The notes under the pieces: generated by a model
What the model saw: only the letters and a program-made list of their open reading frames with translations
Databases searched by the model: none
What the model was told of the DNA's origin: nothing
Made by a program: the position numbers and the translations under genes
Shown here: one piece after another, positions 1 to 6,419 of the stretch
Layout: each line of letters opens with the position of its first letter
Position numbering within the stretch: the first letter of the stretch is position 1
Assembly: GCF_006345805.1 (NCBI RefSeq)
Contig: NW_021829376.1
Coordinates: 1-6,419 of the forward strand
From: Octopus sinensis
Lineage: Eukaryota
DNA: 6,419 nt
Reading direction: 5' to 3'

Positions 1-48
1 ATGTATGTATATATATAATACACACGCGCGCATATGCGTAGTATATGT
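1..48. repeat. Compound TA/CA/CG dinucleotide microsatellite (window edge)
   Basis: atgtatgtatatatataatacacacgcgcgcatatgcgta: mostly alternating purine-pyrimidine low-complexity sequence. Confidence 0.8.
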
Positions 49-272
49 TCATGTCTATAAAACATTAATCACTTGCTCTTGCTGCAACATCACTTTCGAA
101 TTGAACATGACAGATTTATACTCCCTTGCGAGCAACTTTTCCCTACTTTCACCATCGGACATTTCTTTTGCGCCTACAGCTGTTTGTCATTGTTGACATA
201 TATCAACGCAAGTATAAACATGTTCTTCACCCTGACATTTTTCATATTTCCTTTACTCTCCACATAATTGCC

Positions 273-348
273 TTCTCTATTTCTCTCTCCCTGCCTCTCT
301 CTACGTCTGTCTCTCTCGCCCTCTCTCTCTCCTTTATTCTCTCCTTCT
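273..348. repeat. Degenerate (CT)n polypyrimidine microsatellite
   Basis: ttctctatttctctctccctgcctctctctacgtctgtctctctcgccctctctctctcc; explains the Ser/Leu run in ORF 126..407. Confidence 0.85.
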
Positions 349-832
349 CATTTCCACCATCTCGTATGCGTTTTTCCCCCTCCTATCATTGTTACTATGA
401 TTTCTGACTCGAATCTATGTCTGCATCTAAGCTAGAAATTTCAATTTTAAAAATAATTATTGCTGTCTTTGGGTCATTTATCCATACTATTCTCACAGTA
501 AAAGCTAACTGAAGATTACTGACTGCTCAATATCATCATATTTATTCCTTCATATTTTAAAGGGAATCTTTTATAATCAGTTTCTGTTTTTGTTGTGCAT
601 GATTTTGAATCAATCTTGTGTTTCTATATCTGGAAATTAAACCAGCATAGACCTACGATTCAAAAAATTGTTTCACAGATCTGGATGTAAGAGTGGTGAA
701 ACAAATGGCTTCCAATCAATTCTCAATTTGCCCAACTCATTGGAAGTGAAATACCGTCTACCAAATTTCATTCCAGATTCCCTGTGTAGGAAAATTGCAA
801 CACAGTCAAGGGAATATGTTTTTCTTTGATGT

Positions 833-1150
833 TTTACCTGTTTCAGTTATTGGATTGCGGCATCCTCAAATGGTTTAGTCTAACAATTCCACATCATTAC
901 CTATGTTTTTCAGAAGCGTAATACACGATGTAGCGGGGTATTTAAGCCGAAATGTTAGCTTAGGATGACGTGAACAAACCAGCATTGTAATGTTAAGTGG
1001 TGGATGAGTCAAACAAAATGACGTGCGCAGATATACATGTACATGCGCGCGCATACGACAGGATTGTACACGGTTTCTTTCCACCAAATTCAGTGAAAAT
1101 GATTTAGCAAAGTGATTTTGCTAACGATAGAATCGAACTTAAACCTACAG
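833..1150 (-). mobile_element. Diverged tRNA-derived SINE (Octopus-type), 5' head truncated
   Basis: Seen: pol III B-box-like GTTCGATTC on the minus strand (plus 1130-1138 gaatcgaac) and an internal RY tract at 1031-1057; no A box upstream. Recalled, not searched: the ordered blocks ttttacctgtttcagt / gccgaa...gacgtgaacaaaccagcat / atacgacagg / ccaccaaattca resemble the reverse complement of a high-copy octopus SINE. Boundaries approximate. Confidence 0.6.
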
Positions 1151-1177
1151 ACTTTCGAATATACGCGCATATATTTG

Positions 1178-1227
1178 CAAAAACTGTCCGACGAACGGCA
1201 ACGTGAAACTCAGAGTAACAGGTTTTG
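1178..1227 (+). ncRNA. Type I hammerhead ribozyme motif (U4C core variant), probably from a Penelope-like or retrozyme-like repeat
   Basis: Stem I CAAAAACUGU(1178-1187)/ACAGGUUUUG(1218-1227), 9 of 10 bp; core CCGACGA (1188-1194; consensus CUGANGA); stem II ACG/CGU with GCAA tetraloop; GAAA (1205-1208); stem III ACU/AGU with CAG loop; GUA triplet 1215-1217. Confidence 0.85.
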
Positions 1228-1247
1228 TTGAATTTTCTGCTGCTTTA

Positions 1248-1253
1248 AATAAA
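1248..1253 (+). promoter_or_regulatory. AATAAA polyadenylation-signal-like hexamer downstream of HHR1
   Basis: AATAAA 20 nt after stem I and just before (TA)n; the same order is seen for HHR2. The hexamer alone is common in AT-rich DNA. Confidence 0.4.
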
Positions 1254-1254
1254 G

Positions 1255-1277
1255 TATATATATATATATATATATAT
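1255..1277. repeat. (TA)11 microsatellite
   Basis: Perfect TA run. Confidence 0.95.
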
Positions 1278-1296
1278 TCTCAACTCAGCTTTCTAT

Positions 1297-1600
1297 CTGT
1301 GTGCAAACATATAAGTGTGTGCATGTGTGTGTGATTGTGTGTGGGGGGTGTACATGTGTGTATGTATGTATGAATGTTATCATATGTATGTATGTCCATA
1401 TATATATGTGTGTGTGTATTTGTGTGCATGCGTATTTATATTTATATATGTATATATATATACACATATATATATATTTATATATATATATATATCTATA
1501 TATATATATATGCATACATATATATGGGGATGTTTGTGTGTTGGGTACATGCATGCATATACGTGTGTGCGTGTATATGTGTGTTTGTTTATATGTATAT
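1297..1600. repeat. Compound (TG)n/(TA)n/(TATG)n microsatellite
   Basis: ~300 bp of TG/TA/TATG units; source of the four overlapping Y/I/C/V/H/T-rich ORFs. Confidence 0.95.
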
Positions 1601-1752
1601 GGATGGGATGTGCTCAAGAGAGTGGTCAAGATCTACTTGAAGACATTTCCTCTCTGCTACAGATGTCGATATTATTAGGACACATGAATATTACAAATTA
1701 TAATTTAGTTTCATGAGTTTATTTTTGTGTGAATTAAAACTAATTCTTTTAG

Positions 1753-1839
1753 ATTAAACTGCCGAATGAGAGCCAAACTTTTCAAGGATCTGTATCCAAT
1801 TATATTGCCATAGATCCAAGTTCAGCTGGATTCAACAAA
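1753..1839 (+). CDS. Candidate internal coding exon (87 nt, phase 0-0), product unknown
   Basis: Acceptor taattcttttAG (ends 1752), donor AAA|GTTAGT (1840); only one frame is open: IKLPNESQTFQGSVSNYIAIDPSSAGFNK. No homology recognised. Confidence 0.35.
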
Positions 1840-1961
1840 GTTAGTTTCCGTCAAATATTTGAGCTACGTTCAGTACCTATATGTTATACTACTCTATAAA
1901 ATGAGACCATTGGATGTGCTAAAAGTAATCATGAGAAAGCTGGTAAAGTCCGTATCGAATG

Positions 1962-1987
1962 CATGATGTTCATGGTCATGATGGTGG

Positions 1988-2018
<31 letters not shown>

Positions 2019-2225
2019 GCTGGTGCTGGTGGTGGTGGTGCTGGTGGTGGTGCTGGTGTTGGTGCTGGTGGTGGTGGTGGTGCTGGTGGTGGTGCTGGTG
2101 TTGGTGCTGGTGGTGGTGGTGGTGGTGCTGGTGCTGGTGTCGTCTTCGGAGGCGATGGTGGTGGTAGTGGTGGTAAAGGCGCTGGCAGTGACGGTGGTGG
2201 AAGTGGTGGTGGTAGCGATGTGGTG
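1962..2225. repeat. (GGT)n/(GCT) trinucleotide repeat with a 42-bp higher-order duplication
   Basis: GGT arrays interrupted by GCT/GTT; 2028-2069 is identical to 2070-2111 (GTT markers at 2058 and 2100). Confidence 0.95.
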
Positions 2226-2758
2226 TTTCCTGTAGTCTATTATTGATTAGTGTTAGAATAATAATTTTTATTCAAGATTTCAGTACGTATGCCATTTGAT
2301 AATTATAACTTTCAAGTATATTGGCAGTAAACAAAAGATATTCTGAAATATCAAGACACAAGGATAAAAAAATAATAAAAAAAGATTTCGTTGAAGATTT
2401 TAATTTAGAATTTATACAAAAATATATATTTAGATAAGTTAATTGAATGTCTGTCATTCAGTATGATTAAATACATTAATATTTCTTACTTTTAAATGAG
2501 AAAATAAACAGTATTTTTTTCAATCTTATGAGCAGTGGAGACACTCATGCCTTACCGTAAAGCATTTACAGATATGTAAAGAATTGAATAAGACACAATA
2601 CATTGTTGACCGTTGAATCATATACCTGTGAATGTAGGATGAATTAATATATAAAGCAGTAGTATCAGTGAAGTGGTACATCGAATATTATATTCTATTT
2701 TGCACAATAACTAGTTCTATATTTCGTAATTTGGCTATTGCCTTGTCTGCCGTGTTAA

Positions 2759-2788
2759 TACACACACACTCACACATACATATATATA
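2759..2788. repeat. (CA)n/(TA)n microsatellite
   Basis: tacacacacactcacacatacatatatata. Confidence 0.85.
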
Positions 2789-3137
2789 ATTCCAAGAGAG
2801 TTAGAGGTTGTTAATCCAACCAACTAAGGGATAATATCTATCCAATATACTGTAAGTAATTATCCTACTTTTTATGCTCTACGTTATATATTTTAATAAT
2901 TAATAGTATATTATTATATATTATATATGTGAAGCCTAATATCTTATACATGTATGTGTATTGTTATATTGTTATAATTGTGTTTTTTTAATAAATAAAT
3001 AGACATAATATAATGTCTAAAAGTTGATGAATACCACCTCTTGATCCCCTCCATTTTCTTATTGCTATATATGAATATATATATATGTATAAGAAGTTTG
3101 AAAATGCCCCTATATAAGATAAATTTTATTTTTATGA

Positions 3138-3185
3138 GAGATTTTACATGTTTCGGTTCTTCTTGAAAAAACGAACCTTATCAGA
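3138..3185 (-). ncRNA. Minimal (Penelope-type) hammerhead ribozyme remnant, disrupted at stem I by the CR1 insertion
   Basis: Minus strand reads U-CUGAUAA-GGUUC-(13 nt)-GAACC-GAAA-CAUG-UA-AAAUCUC: core with G8>A, perfect 5-bp stem II, 1-bp stem III with palindromic CAUG loop, GUA triplet. AATAAA follows on the minus strand (plus 3125-3130). The 5' arm of stem I is replaced by LINE sequence. Confidence 0.6.
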
Positions 3186-4053
3186 CCGAACTCAACTCCA
3201 GTCTGATCTATATACTGTGCGTCAATGGGCAGACAGAAACAAAATGCAACTGAATGAGGGAAACTTTGAGCTGATGCATTTTGGAAGAAATTCCTCACTA
3301 AAAGAACCGTACTCTCTTCCTTCAGGGGAACCGCTCACAGCCTCTAACAATATCAGAGACCTGGGTGTAATTGTTGATGACGATCTCAGTTGGAGTGCAC
3401 ACATCAACAAGAAGGTCGATATAGCTCATAGGATGAGTTCCTGGATCTTAAGAACTTTCCGGTCCAGAGAACAAGGTGTCATCATACCACTTTTTTCCTC
3501 CTTTGTACGGCCACACCTTGAATACTGCTGCCCACTGTGGTCTCCTCACACAAGACAAAATATCTCCAGAATTGAGTCACCCCAGAGGGCACTCACTAAA
3601 CGAATTGAAGGCATGGCTGCACTCGATTATTGGGATCGCCTTAAGCCTTGAAACTTTACTCCCTCCAGCGTCGCCGTGAGCGGTACATCATTTGTACGAT
3701 GTGGAAAATATCCGCCAACTTTGCCAAACGACCTAAACATTAGCTTCAAGGTTCATCCAAGACTTGGACCACGGGCTATACGTCCCCTGCCCAATTCAAG
3801 ATCACAACATACATGTACACTGCAACATAATTTCTTTTCCTCACAGGCCTGCCCTATTTACATTTTCCCGAGGGAGATCAAAGAGGAAAAGGATCCCATC
3901 AACTTTAACAGAGTCTGGATAGATTCCTTCAAAGAATACCAGATAAGCCACTCATAATTGGATACAACTCACCCAACAGGAACTCACTACTTGAACAAAA
4001 CTGGATACAACTCACCCAACAAGAACTCACTACTTGAACAAAACTTGACTTAA
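3184..4053 (+). pseudogene. C-terminal fragment of LINE ORF2 (end of RT, thumb and C-terminal region), frameshifted
   Basis: Homology runs through ORF 3148..3651 from about DRTQLQSDL, then continues in shifted frames (ALKLYSLQRRRERYIICTMWKI 3645-3710; PNDLNISF.. from 3724; QSLDRFLQRIPDKP from 3909). The inferred native stop is TAA 4051-4053. The catalytic (Y/F)ADD motif and the endonuclease are absent. Confidence 0.85.
3959..4044 (+). repeat. 43-bp direct tandem duplication
   Basis: 3959-4001 vs 4002-4044: tggatacaactcacccaaca(g/a)gaactcactacttgaacaaaac, 42 of 43 identical. Confidence 0.97.
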
Positions 4054-4055
4054 AC

Positions 4056-4120
4056 AGGATTCGAATAATCCTATCAGGTGGTGCTATTAAGTTAGACATG
4101 GCCTGGACCAATCTTTGGTC
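4056..4120 (+). other. LINE 3'-UTR stem-loops (candidate RT recognition signal)
   Basis: AGGATT-cgaat-AATCCT (4056-4072) and GACCAA-tct-TTGGTC (4106-4120); CR1/L2-clade LINEs are known to carry 3' stem-loops. Confidence 0.55.
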
Positions 4121-4392
4121 GAAACATATCTAAGTTTATTATCAAAATATATATTTGTAATTAAAGAAATGTTCATAATTATTTCTCACTAGTTTCAACA
4201 GAGTCTACATGGTAGTGATTTATGTGCAGGAACGTAATGGCTGTGTTGTGCGTTGACTAACAAGTTGAAGTGACAGCAGTAGAAGTATGAATCGTTGGCT
4301 GTAATGGTAATAGCAGAAGTAGTAATGGAAGTGACCTTTGGCCGTAATACCGGCAGTAGCAGAGATCGTTGGGCGCAGTAGTAGTAGTGTTT

Positions 4393-4557
4393 TTTTAACG
4401 CTAATTCACCCACTCTTGAGCAGAACTATAATCAAAGACATCCTACTTTTCTAAACGTGTATAGATCCACATCATATAATGCATTGATTTTTAGTTTCGT
4501 TTACAGTGTTATTTGTGGAAGATTTGCTGCAATTCCAACCAGATCAAACCTTACGTA
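4393..4557. mobile_element. Diverged fragment of an interspersed repeat (SINE-like; family uncertain)
   Basis: Blocks gagcagaactataatcaaagacat and ggaagatttgctgcaattcc resemble a common octopus repeat as recalled; not verifiable from the window alone. Confidence 0.35.
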
Positions 4558-4967
4558 CACTATGTAAAATTTAGATTATCTTATTTTTCTCTTTATTTAC
4601 TGATACTATTTGGAAACTTTGCAGTAATTTACATTTTGTCCTGATTTCAATGTTGTTGATAGTCATCAGTTGATGAGAGGTAAACATCCGACATGCAAAG
4701 ATTTAAACTGCCTACTATAGTAACGTAACCTTTATCAATTATACTACATCATTACTTAAGTAGAATCCCCCAGGCAACTATTTCAAAGCCAGATAAATTA
4801 GGATATTTAAAATGTAGTGTATTAATCATGGAACAGTTGGTTCCCTTGGGGCGATGTGAACTCGGTAAATCATTTAAATGTACGATCTTTCCAAATCAGC
4901 TATCTATTACTCATAGTAAATATCTCTTCTTTTTTAAGTGAGTTCGCACAGAGCGCCATTTTTGTAT

Positions 4968-4987
4968 GAGAGAGAGAGAGAGAGAGA
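4968..4987. repeat. (GA)10 microsatellite
   Basis: Perfect GA run. Confidence 0.95.
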
Positions 4988-6116
4988 AAAGATAACTGCT
5001 TTTTCTGAAAGTGTTACCAGTTTAATTGAAATGTATATGCTTTAAATGAGAATCGAAATTACATTGTAGATACAACTCCCCGAGAGTTTCCTTCTTAACA
5101 AGTAAAGTAAAAACGAACCAAATCAGGAAAAACATGAATAATATAAACAAACATGATACATGAATTGGAAGTTCTAACAATCGAAATCTTGAACGGGTAG
5201 AGCACAAGCTTAATATCCATATTGGGAATATAGCGGATCATTCCTAATAGAAATGAGGACAATGTTGAAACACTGAAAGTGGCTTAGAGAAACATAATTA
5301 TGTTAAATATAACTAATGTAGCCTTTTGATGTAAGATAATGGAATATTGATTTATAAAAAATACAAAACAAAATACAAGCTTTTATTTCATATAATGAGG
5401 TAATATGATAATATGGTTATGAAAACAGAAAAATGTATGTTTTTCTTTTAGGAAATACGATATTTTATTCAAAAGGTTTTTCCTGTTTTACCATGATGTA
5501 AATATAGTTGTTGATTTATGTTGTAAGAATGAACGGAACGTGAAGATTAGAATATCCTGTCAAAAGAATGAAAAAAATTGAAAAGTACTAAATGCCTCGT
5601 GATACTTAATTATGCAAGTTTACACCCAGATTAAAAACCCTATTTGAGATAAATCTTTATTTCATCCACCTGCGTTGAATGAAAAACAATTTGTGAAGTG
5701 TAATCAATTTAATCGAGTAAAACCATTGCCTGTTTAAAAGCTATTTAAAAAAAATTAATGCGCTTTACTATGTTATCCAGTGCAAGTCATATACTTTTGC
5801 AAGCGTCTTCTCAATGAAAATTGTTTCTTATAGAAATTTTAACAACGATCAGTGTCTATCCCAGTGCGAAAAAATACCGTTTATCGGATATTTTTCATTT
5901 TAGGTTTCCTAAACAATGAGTGATTCTTTGAAAATCGCTTTTTGTATTGGAGTAGTCATGTGAGAAGCTAGCATGTATGGAGATAATATCTATCATACCT
6001 CCAAGATTAAAAAAAAAAACTCAATACAAAGAAACGGGAGAAAAGGAAAGAAACTATCTAGCTTTAATAGACGTACATAGTATTTTTGTTAATATCAGTA
6101 ACGTGATTTTGTTTAA

Positions 6117-6145
6117 ATGACCAAACATAAAGTATGTTTGGTCAT
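6117..6145. repeat. Perfect 13-bp inverted repeat with a 3-nt spacer
   Basis: ATGACCAAACATA-aag-TATGTTTGGTCAT. Confidence 0.95.
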
Positions 6146-6291
6146 GGGTCTGGTCGAAAAGGGAAGCAAAAATGACAGCAGGGCTGTAGCACATGAGACT
6201 GTGTCTTGTTGCTGTGCAATAAAAAGTGAACTGAGCAATGAGAGAGGGAAATGTATCTAAGTATTGCTAAATATGAACGATATTCTTTTAG

Positions 6292-6375
6292 GCTTCAAAA
6301 AAAGATAGTTGAACCCGCTAGAGTCCACGTTTGGAGAGATATCATCTGTATTTTTCAGGGCAAATTCAAAAAACT
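6292..6375 (+). CDS. Candidate internal coding exon (84 nt, phase 2-2), product unknown
   Basis: Acceptor tattcttttAG (ends 6291), donor CT|GTATGT (6376); the only open frame gives LQKKIVEPARVHVWRDIICIFQGKFKK. No homology recognised. Confidence 0.3.
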
Positions 6376-6419
6376 GTATGTTGCGATTCTTAATCCAAAA
6401 ATCTAGTCACTCGGTAAAA

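Larger units (their letters stand above)
3178..4144 (+). mobile_element. 5'-truncated CR1-clade non-LTR retrotransposon (LINE)
   Basis: RT C-terminal motifs LQSDL..W, RDLGVIVDDDLSWSAHI, VRPHLEYCCPLWSP, QRALTKRI, YWDRL, LYSLQRRRER, LDRFLQRIPDKP; short 3' UTR with hairpins; flanking TTATCA at 3178-3183 and 4139-4144 (candidate TSD). Confidence 0.9.

Noticed and set aside
5-407. Three short plus-strand ORFs
   Set aside because: They overlap simple repeats, show no recognisable motif and have no convincing splice structure
509-540. CTGAAGA hammerhead core match
   Set aside because: No downstream stem II or GAAA
1104-1124. 8-bp inverted repeat TTAGCAAA/TTTGCTAA
   Set aside because: Short, AT-rich and inside a decayed SINE; not distinguishable from chance
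1285-1716. Four overlapping 88-133 aa ORFs
   Set aside because: Translations of TA/TG microsatellite, which lacks stop codons
1959-2246. Gly-rich ORF (MHDVHGHDGGGG..) resembling a structural protein, and the overlapping poly-Val ORF
   Set aside because: Near-exclusive GGT/GCT codons with almost no synonymous variation, no signal peptide, and several frames open: a trinucleotide-repeat artefact
2556-2625. Minus-strand 70-nt exon-like segment (cattcacAG ... ACG|GTAAGG)
   Set aside because: The splice signals are plausible, but the peptide is unrecognisable, there is no partner exon and the strand conflicts with the other candidates; such pairs arise by chance
3148-3183. ATG 3148 as the start of a 167-aa gene
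   Set aside because: The first ~12 codons are flanking DNA (antisense of HHR2) fused by chance in frame to the truncated LINE ORF2
3959-4044. CRISPR-like direct repeats
   Set aside because: Only two adjacent copies, no spacer, inside a eukaryotic LINE, and no cas genes
4100-4135. Hammerhead-like hairpin followed by GAAACATATC in the LINE tail
   Set aside because: No CUGANGA-like core 5' of the stem; better explained as the LINE 3' stem-loop
3110-4413. Short minus-strand ORFs (3110-3298, 3222-3410, 3929-4111, 4195-4413) and plus ORF 3476-3679
   Set aside because: Antisense or alternate-frame shadows of the LINE or of low-complexity repeats
4640-4676. Minus-strand CTGATGA...GAAA near tcatcagttgatga
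   Set aside because: The intervening sequence cannot form stem II, and there is no stem III or cleavage triplet
5868-5896. Imperfect hairpin gaaaaaataccg/cggatatttttc resembling a terminator
   Set aside because: Mostly A/T-run pairing, and rho-independent terminators are not relevant in this eukaryotic context

Overview
AT-rich eukaryotic intronic or intergenic DNA. The repeat landscape (TA/TG/GGT microsatellites, SINE-like and LINE fragments) looks cephalopod (Octopus-like); this is inference from recalled repeat families, not a search. No intact gene is visible, and most ORF-track ORFs are microsatellite artefacts. The best-supported element is a 5'-truncated CR1-clade LINE (~3178-4144, +). 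It has a candidate 6-bp TSD (TTATCA), a 43-bp tandem duplication, 3'-UTR hairpins, and frameshifts that can all be repaired at homopolymer runs. The most interesting signals are two type-I hammerhead-ribozyme folds, each followed by AATAAA and TA repeats, as expected for Penelope-like pseudo-LTR or retrozyme-like repeats. HHR1 (1178-1227, +) is complete but has a U4C core variant. HHR2 (3138-3185, -) has an A8 core variant and appears to be split by the CR1 insertion. Also present: a diverged head-truncated tRNA-type SINE (~833-1150, -), a perfect 13-bp hairpin (6117-6145), and low-confidence exon candidates.
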